This document shows positions 13,438 to 26,757 of a stretch of 64,000 nucleotides of DNA, piece after piece. Positions within the stretch are counted from its first letter, which is position 1; each line of letters begins with the position of its first letter. Origin of the DNA: Camelus dromedarius. Taxonomy: Eukaryota. The DNA is taken from assembly GCF_036321535.1 (NCBI RefSeq), contig NC_087437.1:25484001-25548000 (forward strand). The letters run 5' to 3'. The notes under the pieces are model-generated. The model was not told the origin of the DNA, made no database searches, and saw only the letters and a list, made by a program, of their open reading frames with translations. Made by a program: the position numbers and the translations under genes.

Positions 13438-14180
13438 GTAAATTACTAGTCACAAAACAGTGGAAATACAGAAATTATTTCCATGTATAAAATAGAAAGT
13501 TTATTATGTAAGAAAAACTCATCCTTGCCTTAATGTTTTTTGTTTCTGACATAAAGGGATCATATGTTGCTTTCCAGACTGTGATACCTCAGTCACCAAT
13601 GACAATTAAAACTGCTTTCATGAAGCAATAACAAGATTCTAAGAAATTATCATTAAATATTCCAGAAATAAATATGTGAGATGAATAAAGTTAGCCATTT
13701 CCAAAGAAGAAAGGACTAAGAACACTAACTATTGCTTTTAAGCCATTAAAACTTACACTAAATTATGTTTATTATGATGATTTCCCCTACAGTGACTGCT
13801 TTAATGCATTACTTTAAACTGGGAAATATTACAGAAATTATTTTATGTGACATGAAACCAGGCATAAAAATTAAATAACTATGCAGGAGGGCACCGGTTT
13901 CCATTACTTTGGACTTAGCTATCAAATAATAACTTACATTCTGAGCTAGAAGACATTAACATCAATTTTCCCATTATCCATCTTCTGTTTGATATTTCTG
14001 TGATAAGGAGATGCAAAAACATTTAAAAGTACACAGTATTCTCTGCTAAAATACTAATAATGAAAAATTAAAGGTTTATCATTTAATGGTGCAAGTTAAT
14101 CTCTACTATTTTTTGGAACAGAAAAAAAAGAAACATCAACTGTAAATTTTAAATGTTTCAAGACAAACGCATTGGCTGTT

Positions 14181-14230
14181 ATTATATAATTATAATTTTT
14201 AATATACTTTTAATTATATAATTATAATTT
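14181..14230. repeat. AT-rich 18-bp direct repeat
   Basis: attatataattataattt at 14181-14198 and 14213-14230. Confidence 0.75.
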
Positions 14231-14739
14231 CAAGTTATTTCTGTATCCCAAGATAACCCTAAAAATGTTTATGCTATTCTGAAATCATTTCAAAAAATAC
14301 CTTGCTTTTGAATTTAGTAATTATTATATGTTGATATTTCAACTTATTACACATTGATGATTATTTGGCAGTTATTACATTTTGATGTTTCAAGCCCACA
14401 GCAGAATCAAGGCAAGAGAAATATCCATTTACAAGTATAATTGTTAAGGTAAATACAAAACCACGTATATATTTCCAGCTATTATATACCTTGCTTTTGA
14501 AAGCATTTGTTTTAATAGCAACAGCTTTAACATTTGTTCGTTTGTTAACAAAGATGTTGTGTTTGGAAACCCAAATATACTAAGAAAGTAATGTCTTTGT
14601 ACCACTTTCCTCAAAGCTTAGCAATCACTTTATTACTCTCAGTAATATGCCAAGCAAATCAGTTGTTTTAAGGTTCCTGTTCTACAAATTAGAAGCTGAG
14701 AACAAGAATAAACCAGCCTCTCTTTGTCAGAATTCAGAG

Positions 14740-14966
14740 CAAATCTTGAAGAAATAAGTTGAAGGATTACTCTACTTAGTGTGCTGAACATCAGGAATTA
14801 TTATTGTGGTATAGTAATTAAGACAGTTTTATTGGTGCAAAACTAGACAAATATAGACCAATGGGGAGCAGAATAGGAGTTCAGAAGCAGACGCACACAT
14901 TTGGGATAAATTTGCTTTATGACAAAGATGGCACTGCAGAGCAGTGGCTAAACACTTCTTAAATGG
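14740..14966 (+). mobile_element. Ancient L1 (L1ME-type) ORF2, 5' part, interrupted by a young L1
   Basis: aaatcttgaagaaataagttgaaggattactctac...tagaccaatgg...tatgacaaagatggcactgcagagcagtgg; continues at 16120. Confidence 0.75.
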
Positions 14967-16119
14967 AAATAGAAATAAAAGCGAAAATAAACAAATGGGA
15001 CCTAATTAAACTTATAAGCTTTAGCACAGCAAAGGAAACCATGAGCAAAACAAAAAGACAACCTATGGAATGGGAGAAAGTATTTGCAAAAGATGAGACT
15101 GATAGAGGCTTAATCTTCAGAATATATAAACAGCTCATACAGCTTAAGAAGAAAAAAGCAAACAACCCAATCGAAAAATGGGCAGAAGACATAAACAAGC
15201 AATTCTTCAGTGAAGACATAAATGGCCAATAGGCATATGAAAAAATGGTCAATATCACTAATTATCAGAGAAATGCAAATCAAAATTACAGTGAGGTATC
15301 ACCTTATACCAGTCAGAATGGCCATCTTTCAAAAGTTCACAAATGATAAATGCTGGAGAAGGTGTGGAGAAAAGGGAACCCTCCTACACTGCTGGTGGGA
15401 ATGCAATTTGGTGCAGCCGCTATGGAAAACAGTATGGAGATTCCTCAAAAAACTAAAAATAGACTTACCATATGATTTAGCAATCCCACTCCTGGGCATA
15501 TATCTAAAGGGAACCTTAATTCAAAAAGATACCTCCACCCCAATGTTCGTAGCAGCACTATTTACAACAGCCAAGACATGGAAACAACCTAGATGTCCAT
15601 TGACAGATCACTGGATAAAGAAGAAGTGGTATATTTATACAATGGAATACTACTCAGCCATAAAAAATAATAAAATAATGCCATTTGCAGCAATATGCAT
15701 GGACCTGGAGAATGTCATTCTAAGTGAGGTAAGCCAGAAAGAGAAAGAAAAATACCATATGATATCACTCATATGTGGAATCTAAAAAAAAAAAAAGACA
15801 AACAAACTTATTTACAAAACAGAAGCAGACTCACAGACATAGAAAACAAACTTATGGTTACTAGGGTAGGAAGGGGGTGGGAAGAGATAAATTGGGAGTT
15901 GGAGATTTGCAAATACTAATATACATGAAATAGATAAACAACAAGTTTATACTGTATAGCACAGGGAACTATATTCAATATCTTATAGTAACTTATAGTG
16001 GAAAAGAATATGAAAACGAATATATGTATGTTCCTATATGACTGAAGTATTGTGCTGTACATAAGAAATTAACACAACATTGTAAACTGACTATACTTCA
16101 ATAAAAACATTTTTTTAAA
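14967..16119 (+). mobile_element. Young 5'-truncated LINE-1 (ORF2 C-terminus, 3'UTR, A tail)
   Basis: ORFs 14963-15232 and 15222-15785 give [35 protein letters not shown]; aataaa near 16100; TSD aaacacttcttaaatgg (14950-14966) vs aaagacttcttaagtgg (16120-16136), 15/17. Confidence 0.97.
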
Positions 16120-17370
16120 AAAGACTTCTTAAGTGGTGCTGGAAGAATTAGCTATCCATATGGAAATAAATGAAACTAGAACCCTTCCTCAAACCACATG
16201 GAAAAATCAGTTCCAAGTGGATTGCAAATCTAAAAATGGAATAAGAATAGAACTCTGAGAAAACATCGTAGAATGTGGTCACAATCTTGGGACACCAAAG
16301 ACTGCTTGGGTAGAACATTAAGAGCACCAACCATACAAGAAAAGTTAGTTACATGATACGAAAATGTTAAACTTATTTTCAACAAAATATTTTATTAAAT
16401 GTGTGAACAAGTAAGCCACAAAGATGGAGACGATTAACTTTGGCACATGTAATTGACAAAGGGTTTATATTTCAAATATATAAAGAACTCCCACAAATCA
16501 TGCGGAAAAGACAAGAAAATAGAAAAAAAGGACAAAAGACTGGAATAGACAGCTCACGGAAGGATATTCAAATGCATAATAAATACACTAAAGGGTGATC
16601 AACTACATTAATCATCGAGGAAATGCAAATTAAATCCAAAATATGACATCACTCTACACATATCAGAATGGGTAAAAATTTTTAAAAGACTAACAATACC
16701 AAGTGATATTGAGAATGTAGAACAGCTAGAACTCTAATATTGTGCTGGCAGAAGTCTAAACTGGTACCATCTTGAAACACTCTCTGACAATATCCAGTGA
16801 AGCTGAAAGAATACGTGCACATTCCTTGACACAATTCCATTCCTAGGTATATACCCAATACAAAGAAGGGCATATGTTTGTCAGAAGTCATGCACAAGAA
16901 TGTTCATAGTAGCATTAACTGGAATAGCTGAAGACTGGAAACAATTCAAAGTCCCATCAGTAGTAAAAAAAAAAAAAATGATAACAAATTAAGTAATTCA
17001 CTGCCAAGCCATATAATGAAATATAATACAAAATGCAAATAAACAACTTCTACAAAGAACATGAATGATTCCACGAGTATATGTTGAATGAAAACCGTCA
17101 GACCCAACATTATTATGCTAGTGGGTAAATTTTTAAAACATTCAAGAGTATTCCGGTGTTAGAAGACAGAATAGTATCTCTTTAGGAAGAAGGGAGGGAG
17201 TATTATTGAGAGGAGACATGAGGGCTTCTAGTACTGTTGACAATACTGTATTTCTTGAATTGGCTGGTGTTTATTTGGGTGTGTTCACTTTGTGATTGAA
17301 ACATACACTTATGATGTGAGCATTTTTCTATATATAGAAGTATATGCCTTTTTTGAAGTTTTCTTTAAAA
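16120..17370 (+). mobile_element. Ancient L1 (L1ME-type) ORF2 3' part and 3'UTR
   Basis: tggtgctggaagaattagctatccatatgg...ggaaatgcaaattaaa...caattccattcctaggtatatacc...gggtgtgttcactttgtg. Confidence 0.85.
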
Positions 17371-19069
17371 ATATATTTGCAACATTGAAATGATTTTTAA
17401 ACTATCTCTTCAACAAATGTTCCAAAACAATCATAGCGTCCATATTCTCTCAAGGTCATCATAATTAAAAGACAAAAAAATAGTTACATGTTAAATGTTA
17501 ACTCGCAGTGGTTAGAACTGGTCAACAGTGGAAAAGAAAGAAAATTTCAAGTACATTAAGGTGTTGGTAAATGAAATACCAGACTTGCATAATAGACCCC
17601 AACCCTGGTTGATTATCTCCAAAATACTTTTCTGTATTCACTTGCTGGGGAAAAAAATGAATGTGATACTTTCTACACAGGCAGAGAAACTTCCTTTTTT
17701 TTAAAAAAAAAATCTTCTTAGATTGCCTTGGGTCATTTCAATACATTCCTCTTTCACTTAAGGAAGCAGTCATGAAAATGCATGTAAGTAATAAAATAAT
17801 GAAAAACAGCTGTACATTCAGATAAGAGATTAAACCAATGTAAAATTAGAATGAAGTGTTTTTATAATTCTGTTATACAAAATATTATCTCTACTAATAA
17901 AAAGAACATTAAAAATGACAAAATATGGGAATTGTTGAAAACAAAGCAATTCAAAATGCTTTTGTTTTAAAACAGAACTAATTCATTCTTGGTATACAGT
18001 AACATATGAGATAAAATTTAATTACCTTCTTGGCGAAAATAAACAAATTCAGACACAATTGCCCTCATCCACAGACCCATCCAGAGCATTTGGTCTCAGT
18101 CTAGAGCTTAATACTTCCAATACTCTTTGAGTAGGGGTGTACACACCAAACATTTACTCTATTTTCAGGATTTTGGTGCTAAGTTAGGTAAGGCATGGGT
18201 CCCTAGGGTAGGCAATGTAAGTGGAGAAAGTCAAAACAGAACTTGAATTCCTTCAAGTTGACTTATCCCACAAAAGCATTTAGGGCAGAAAGAAGAAATA
18301 TTTTACATGGTGTTTCACCTTTGGTTTATTTTTGGCATTTGAGGTTTTTTGTTTTGCCTTGTTTTTACTTTTTTTCTTCCTGCCTTCCATCATTCCATCC
18401 TCCTTTCCTTTCTTTCTGTATATGTAAGGTTTAGGAAGAAAGTTCAGCCCACTAAGAACCAGTGTCCCGCTTTCACATTTTTTGGTTGATTTTTCCTATA
18501 TGTTTATGTGCATGGCCAAAATCTAATCAAGTAATCCGTTTCTTCCTGGTTCTCATATTTGGAAGAAAGAATATGAACCCATGTGATTTAAAATAGGCTT
18601 AATTTAGGGTTAATTCCTTACGTGATTCTGGTACTTTCAAATTGCTCCATCTGTCTTCAAGCCATACTGTATTGCTGAAACTGCATTTTATTACATTAAG
18701 ACTGTACTTTAAAGGTCTTATTGATGTGCTTTGGTTGATTGTGGCATAAAATGTACCAATGTCCATAAAGTGGTTAACATTGTGAATTATTTTTCCCTTA
18801 AACCTCCTTAAACCTTACATTTGTGTGCCGTTCCCAGGAAGACTGGTGGGTGCAATGTTGAATTTTCACTGCCTCTTTGTTTTTCTTTCTTGCTTTATGG
18901 CATATATAACTTGTTTTACAGGGTGTACTGTCAGGACATCATTAAAAAGGTGGTGGTGCTGATGGGATGTAAACAGGGAGATGAGAAGGAAGAAACAAGC
19001 AGCTGAGGAGGAGATGAAAGAAAGTGTCAGGTGACAGTTAAAATTTAAGTGACAACGTGGGAGGACTCA

Positions 19070-19380
19070 GCTAGAATGCTCCATCTCTGACACTCTAACC
19101 CAGTGCCTGTCACATAGTGGTGTTCAATAGTAAATTTGAATTATTATCATAATTAATGATTCTCAGAGAAAAACATGGTGGAAAGACCAAAACGAAAAGC
19201 TAGATTGCCATATGTTTGATTCCAGGCCTATTCCTTGATTTTTTAAGGCCCTGTTTTTCATCAATAAAAGGATTAAAATAACATCTACCAAAAACTTTCA
19301 TTGTAAAAATCAGAAGAAAAAATTATGCAAAGCATCCAGCAAGTATCAAGAACCAGTAGGCAATCAATAAATTGTTGACT
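19070..19380 (+). mobile_element. L2 3' end followed by a MIR fragment
   Basis: cccagtgcctgtcacatagtggtgttcaatag; catggtggaaaga...ctgtttttcatcaataaaaggattaaaataacatctacc...gtaggcaatcaataaa. Confidence 0.5.
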
Positions 19381-20611
19381 ACAATTGTTTTCTCAAGGTG
19401 ATTGTTTATATACACACACACATACCTACAATTAGATGTGTGAAAAACTTGAGGCCAAAATAAACTTTCAAAGAGGGAAAAAAAACACTGAAAGTTGTGC
19501 TCATTTTAATATAACTTGTTAAACATCCACTGCTGAACAGTTTTCATATAAACATTTCCTGATTTAAAAATGGCTTTCCAATGGCATGGAGAAAACGTAA
19601 TGCATATGGCTGCCAATTTTCACATCTGGACATTACAGAATGTCATGTGGTCTTTATACTGGTAATCATTTTCTCTATGGCTCAGTAAAATTCCCCTATT
19701 AGTTATCATTTATTTGAAATAAAGAAATTATATAGTTGAAAATAGTGTTATTTATGCTGTTTAAAAGCATGATGGCTTATATATCTTAAAAGACTTACAT
19801 AACTTGGCATCCTTCATAAACTTAAAACAGATGTAACTAGTCCCCTTTTAGCACCTAAGTCACTTTTTTTTCCTAAATCAATACAGCTATACTTACCAAA
19901 TTTGGCAGTTTTGGTCCTGTTCTGGTCATTGTTGAGGCTGTCACCTTCAAGATTATGCATGGATCCTGGAAATTTATGTGGCTCCAGGAGACCAGGGAAT
20001 GGACCTATCCTTGGTGGTCACTAACAATCCCATTTACTCTTCAATGACATTGTTACCTTCTGGTCCTTCACTGTGTCTCCAGATAGGTCACAGAGATGCC
20101 CTTGATAGCTAGCCGTAATCTCGCTGTACTCTCACACTGTGGGACTCTCCTCCACAGAAAACTGCTCCCCAGAATCATCCCAGCAAATACACAGAACCAT
20201 TCCCTCCATTTAGAGAGCACGACTTGATTATCTCATAGAAATTCACCAAATCCAAATCCTCCGTTCTCCCAATACCTTTCCTTCTCCCGATCCCCACAAT
20301 GTCGTACATGTGGCTTGTTTATTGCCTTTAAAATACAAAGTAGTTTTAATTTCCTTTGGGACAAGAAATACAGGAACAAACTGACAAGACTACCTTATAA
20401 AGATGGTATGTTGGGTAATGTGAGGGACAGAATGAAGAAAACTATTCACTGTTCATTCAATTTCCCATAGAAGCAAGAACAAAGTTGAAGTTAAAATCTC
20501 AGCATAAAATTCTTCTACAGAAATTATATGGAAGATGGAAAAGCAGTCTTGAGTAATTGGAAGAGAAGAGAGCAGAGCTTACAGTCAGGCAGACTTGGGT
20601 TTAAGATCGCT

Positions 20612-21100
20612 GAACAATTCCACTCTTAGGTATGTACTCAAGAGAAATGAAAACACATGTCCTCACAAAACTTGTACACAAAATGTTTATAGCAGTATTA
20701 TTCATAGTATCCCTAAATGGAAACAGCCAAATTTCCATTCGCTGATGAATGGATAAACAAAACAAGCACGTCCATGCACTGGGATGTAATGGAACAATGG
20801 AAAGGAATAAAGTACTTATGCATGCTACAACACTGACAGATTTTAAAAACATTATATTAGTGAAATGTCAGGCAAAAAGACCACATGTTGTATGATGCCA
20901 TTTATATAAAATGTCTGACGTAGGCAAACTGATAGAGATAGAAGGTAAATAAGTGGTTGCTTAGAGCCAGTGGAGGGTGTTGTGGTGAGGGAAGGAGGGT
21001 GGTGTAAGTGGAGGAGGAATAAGGCATGACTGTTAATAGACATGTAACTTCTTTGGGGAATGATGAGCATGTCCTAAAACAAGACTGCAATGACAGTAAA
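20612..21100 (+). mobile_element. L1MB-type ORF2 end and 3'UTR
   Basis: caattccactcttaggtat...agagaaatgaaaacacatgtcc...gctgatgaatggataaacaaaa...atgttgtatgatgccatttatataaaatgtc...ctttggggaatgatg. Confidence 0.88.
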
Positions 21101-21424
21101 TTCATTGGAAGGGTTTAATGTTATTTCCTATTTCAAATCATGGCCTGGATGGAGCATTATTAGCAAGGGACAGATGCATGTAACAAAAAGTCACTTCAAT
21201 AATATCTGAAATCAGCAAAATTCTGGAACTGATTAGGATGACTTATAAACAATTTTTGCTATTAAATAATTTAATTCAAAAGAAATGTATGTTTTAATTG
21301 TTGACATAAGTTGATTTATATATTAATGGGAGCAATATCTCAGTGCATTTATATTTTTACAGAAATGTACTCTTCTAGAAAATACAAAACATTAACATGG
21401 TACAATGTTTACACATTTCCTGAA

Positions 21425-21690
21425 TGTGTCAATAGTTCCAAAAGTCCTGGAATTGGCTTTTAATGGATCAGCTTGGGTCACATGCCCATCACTGCACCAA
21501 TCACTCTGCCCAAAGGGATGGCTTATGTCATTGGTTAGGCCTGGGTTATTTGACTATTCTAGAGCCAAAGGATGAGGTCACTTCACTAGGACCACATAGA
21601 CTGAGATAATAACAAAGGCATTTTTCCAAAAGTAATATCAAAAAAGAAAATGGCTGCCAAGTAAGTAAGAACAAAAGATGCCAAACATAA
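21425..21690 (-). mobile_element. Old MaLR LTR fragment (MLT1J/K-like)
   Basis: gcttgggtcacatgcccatcactgcaccaatcactctgcccaaagggatgg...cattggttaggcctggg. Confidence 0.7.
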
Positions 21691-21859
21691 CTTTGAAAAA
21701 AAATCACCTTTATATATGTTGCAAAGGATGGGTGTTCATTAGGCCACAGACCCATATAATCGGTTTGGCTGTGACTACAGATGTCTTTAATGTGTAAAGT
21801 TGGAATCCTTCTACCTCACTATAAAATTCTTATCATTCACTATATAAAGGAATGCAACT

Positions 21860-22000
21860 CATAAACTAGAGGAACCTCAAGTTCATTTGTTCCAAATCCT
21901 ATGTCTTACAAACTAAAAAGCTAAAGCACAGAGAGACTGATTCATCAAAGTTATATATATCATGGCGTAACAGAAATTAAATCCAGCTTCCTCCATGCCT
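21860..22000 (-). mobile_element. MIR fragment
   Basis: agaggaacctcaagttcatttgttccaaatcc...gctaaagcacagagagactga. Confidence 0.4.
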
Positions 22001-24499
22001 CCAAGTGAGTTAAATGGCATTTAGCATGAACTCAAATGACTGTAATACAAAGATGAAAACAGCAAGTGCCATTAGAAAGGTACAAATCGAGTGCTTTGCG
22101 AATTCAAATACAGTAATCATCTTTGGGAAGGAGGCAGGCCATGCATTTCATTTAGATAGCTCAAACTTCCTCCTTTGGATGCTCGAACCTATTTTTTACA
22201 TCATTTTATGTAAATTTTTGAAAATTTTATTAAATTCTTCTCCTGCCTTTTTAAAACAGCAACTGCTGAATATAATTTGGCTGTGCCATCATAATGAAAC
22301 ACTATCTGCATAATTCTGTAAAACACACACAGTTCTGTGTCTGGGTTCTTAATTTTCTGCTTCCTCCTTCCTTATTTAACAACTGTCACTTCATTGCTGC
22401 CAGTTTCCTTGCCTTTCATATTCCCTCACTCCTTTCTAATTTGTCATTTATAATCTACTTTGAGCTGGGAAACCAGAAAACCCACAATTATTATGACCTT
22501 GGTTAAGTTAGAATAAACAGTCTCTAAGTGAAAGCACATAAGCCTTTAAGAAGGAAAGTCCGTGGCTTTAGTCTAGGGACATGGAAATCTATTTTGGGTA
22601 CTCAGGGATCTCTTTTGCTTATTTCTGAGTTTGCATTCCAGGGAACAGAGGGTGCTGGGAGTCTGACCTCTTGTCAAGGAGGATTTTACTGCGGATAAAC
22701 TTCGTAGAGATCTACTACCAAGGCATTTCACATGGATGCCAGATTACCGAGCTGCCAGGTGCATGGAGCTGGTATGGCAACCGGCTCATGCAGAAACACC
22801 TTCCAGACACAGTCCAGGAAAGCTCCTAAAATATTGGCCGTGGTTTAAGCCTTTGTAACTGTGAGCCTAGAGTTGTTTTATATCCGTTTCTATTGGCAAG
22901 AACATAACCCTCAGTCTAGATCCCTCAAAGCGCTAAATCATTCTGACAGTTTCTGAAACCAGGAGTCTCTTCCTTGTCACGAGGGTCATCCAAAATGCCT
23001 GCAAGCCAATATTATTGTTGTAAGCCCGCAAAACCTTCAAGCCGGGCCAAAGTTTCCAGCTCATCTTACCCCAAAATATAGATTTCTGTTTAAACTCAAT
23101 ATTCCTGGGCTTCGTGAAAGAACAGAATTACAGCAAGAATTGTAACTCACATTTCACTGGCTCTTGCCTTTGACAGAAGATTCAAAATCTTCCCCACCCT
23201 ACACGATTCCCGTTGAATATTTATGTGGGTCCCCAAGAACTGCCTCAAAAACAAGAATACTCATGAGGCACCACAGACTCCAACAAGCTGTGACACTGTT
23301 CTCCCATCTTTCACCAGGAGCCAGACTTGCCAGTTGATATCCTCAGTGTTCAAGCAAGCATCGTCCCGAGGAGCACCACTCACTTCAGGGCTCACAAGGT
23401 ACCTCTCCCCTTCCTTCTTCACTATGTTACAGGCATCTCTAAAGCTGTGCTATTTGTATTCAGACTGACTTACAAAGCGTATAGGTCACTAGGTCTCTAA
23501 TCTGCACAGGACCCACCCATGCATCGGGGGAGGGATGCTTGAGCCACAAAATAAAGCTAAAGGTTAGTTACAGTGTTCTACTCAAAAAGGCTTTCTCTCT
23601 CATTCAATGTCTTGATTCAGGTGCCTTTTTCTTCAGGGCAAGTGCTTTCCGAGGAGAATCCTCAGCCCCAGTGCAAAAAGGCCTCTGGTGAATTTGTTCA
23701 ATCAATTTGTAACATGTTCCCCCAAATGTCTCAGAATTTAGCTCTGAAGTCTGGAAGGGAAGAATGTATACGAATTAAATTTCTGGCAACAGTATTCTTT
23801 TTCTCTCCCCTCCCCTTGTTGTAATTGATCTTCATCCATTTGTGGTACCTAAATTTTAACATCAAATGTCATCTTTTCCTTCATCTGTGTCAAATAAGTC
23901 AATAATCAGTGCATGCCATTAGCTTGACTTTTAAAAGAATTCATTGCTGAACTGATTTATAAAAAGAATAATTAATTTATTATAGGGCTATTCACCCCTT
24001 ACTTTATTTGTTTCCTGCTCAACTATTCTCATGATCCATTTTCTAAAAATTTCAGCCCCATGCATATGGTCTCTACCGCTGCTTTGAATCGCAAGTGGCA
24101 AAAATAGGTACACAGTAAATTAGTAAAAGAAATATTTGTCCTCTGGGGAAATGTGTAAAAGTTGCAGGCTATAAATGTTTCAGATTTTCTAGAAGAGTAC
24201 ATTCTTATCAAAAAGATAAGTTCATTCAGATATAAACCCATTAACTTTCGTATTTTGAAGCCGATAACTATCATTTTCCCTGTTCAGCTATGAGATACAG
24301 CATCCTTCCAGGAAGAGGCAGGGACCGGGTAAATAAAACAGCTGCATCAAATGGTTGGAAGCCATGCAGATCATGAGGGCTCACGTTTAGCTCATGTACA
24401 CGGAGCACACAATAGCATTTGACCATTTCCCGCATATGATTTCTAAGTGAGCATGCTTCACTTGAAAAGACAGATATCAGCCTTCTTTCACCCTATTTC

Positions 24500-24635
24500 T
24501 ACTTTTCTTCCTCCATCTCCTCTTCCCCTTTCTCCTTCCACTCCTTCTTCTTCCCCCGTGCCTGCTTTCCCTTCAGGCACGCCTCTCCCTCCCGTTTCTT
24601 CCATATTCCCTATCACCTTCTCCCTCTTTAGCTTC
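24500..24635. repeat. CT-rich low-complexity tract
   Basis: cttttcttcctccatctcctcttccccttttctccttccactccttcttcttcccc. Confidence 0.75.
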
Positions 24636-26709
24636 TGAAAGGGCTGTTGAGGCAACGTCTTAAACATGTGGGAACCTTCTCTGGGCTTCCTACATTTCTT
24701 CCACGTCTAATAAAGTTTCTCGAAATCAAGGAAGTTGTTGCAACGTGGTCCCTTGTTAATAGCACAATTATTGCCTTGAGTCAAAGGCAGAGCATAGAGG
24801 AGAAATTAGGTGTCCCAGGTCATCCAAGGCCCTTACAGAAACAAACTCAGCCTGCCTCCCTTGGGCCCTCATCTCAAGCTTTCCCCAGGCCTCAGCCGAT
24901 TCCCTGTGGATGGCACCAAGCCTCCGGAAGTCTCCTCAGATCTTACAAGCCCAGGTGTACCTGGTCCCTGAGCCACACTATGATCTCACACATTTCTGGT
25001 ACTGCTTTATTCCTGTGTCAACACAATATATTTTTCATCAGCCTCTTGCTGTTTTAATCAGCCATTCAAGGAAGAGGAAGATGTATAGAGAGCTCCATTT
25101 GGAGAAGAAGTAATTTAGTTCAACGTTGCTTGCAGTAAGGTGAGCCTAAAATGTTCATCTGTCACTCTCGTAAACTACTAAAATTACTCTACTGAAATAT
25201 CTATCCGAATGTTTGAAAAATCTGTTAAAAATGAATTTATGAACATCTGAACCCTGCACCTCTCCTCATATATAAAAGGAATGGAAGATTTTTAAAATGC
25301 CTCCTTTTTACATTAGTTTTTCAGTTACTGAACTGCAGGTTCTTTTATAGATCATTCTTATTTCTCTACTGAGAATAGGAAAATGCGAGACACTTTAAGG
25401 GATTTTTTTCAATTAAAATGAGTTGCAGAAAACTAAGAAATGTAACACTTCATTAGCAGGCATTTAATTCCCTAGCTTTTTATTTTTAAGGAAATTAAAA
25501 AACCGTATGCTCTCTGGTACCATTTGTGTTTTTCAATTGCAGTATACATTATAACCTAGAACAGGGAATTTTTTGATAAATATGAGGTATTAACAAAAGA
25601 CTTCAACCAGAATTGCTAACTGTGTTTTCTGTCATTTAATGCTGATGAGTGGAAGTTGTTGTTTTTGCTTGAAGAAGCAAGAAAAATGATTAAAAAGCAT
25701 TTATTAGAAACTACACACACTATTGATGTAATGTTTTAGTGTTCTGGCTTAAAATAGTATATGTCAAACCACAGTTATTCATTTAAGGTATCTCTAGTAG
25801 GTTAAAAAATGTTTATTTTTATAAATACATTTTAAAAACAGTATTTATAATAATGGCCTCTGTATTATAAAAGCTTACCAATCATGAAACATTTTGGTTT
25901 TAAATAGCATTTTTAGAGGTCATAATATGATGCAGTCAGTTCTAATGCATTCAGAATGGCAGAAGATAGTTAACAATTTTTTGATAAGCAGAGAGATTTC
26001 ATACATGTTATATACATATTCCAAATTCTTACTGAATTCAAGTTTAGGAAAAATAAGTTTTACACAGGAACAAAATTCAATTTTTTCACAATGATGGTTC
26101 AAAAATCATCTGAAGATGTGTTAGTTTGGGGGTTATTGCTATGTACAGCCATTCTCCTTGTACAACACATGCACTTCAACTCTGTCTACTGAGTATTTTA
26201 CAGAGTACAAACTGTCTGAATTCTTCATAAAGGGAACTTTAACATAAATTCAAATTCTGAAACATGCTATCTTCTGGCTTTTGGATGTCAAGCCATTGTC
26301 CCAACACTAAGCATCTAAGAAACAGCCCCACAAGAAGAATAAAAACTAAATGTCAAAGACTATAATATATTATCCTGGAGCTAAATTAATCTTTCTGCAT
26401 TTTCTCCTAAAGAGAACAATATAAACTCTATCCTTGTTTCCCCACTTTCTTTTCTTTCTTCTGGTCTTTAGATCAGACCAAAATTCTAGTATATTCTATC
26501 TGCATTTTGATCTTTGAATGTGACATCTAAGTGTTAACAACTTTTTATATGTGGCATTATATTCACTTACAAATGCACATATAATCACCAAAGGTTAACC
26601 AGCATAACTCCTGATTGAAACAGATCACTTACGCATGATTTCAAAAGCTTCCTGAACTGCTTCATCAAAGTCCCTTTCAAGTGAGGTTTTCAAAATTACT
26701 TTTTATTAC

Positions 26710-26757
26710 AGAAAGAAAGAAACAAACAAACAAACAAACAAACAAACAAACAAAAAC
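26710..26757. repeat. (AAAG)n(AAAC)n microsatellite
   Basis: agaaagaaagaaacaaacaaacaaacaaacaaacaaacaaacaaaaac. Confidence 0.95.

Noticed and set aside
15222..15785. 187-aa ORF, the longest in the window
   Set aside because: C-terminus of L1 ORF2 in a truncated insertion, not a host gene
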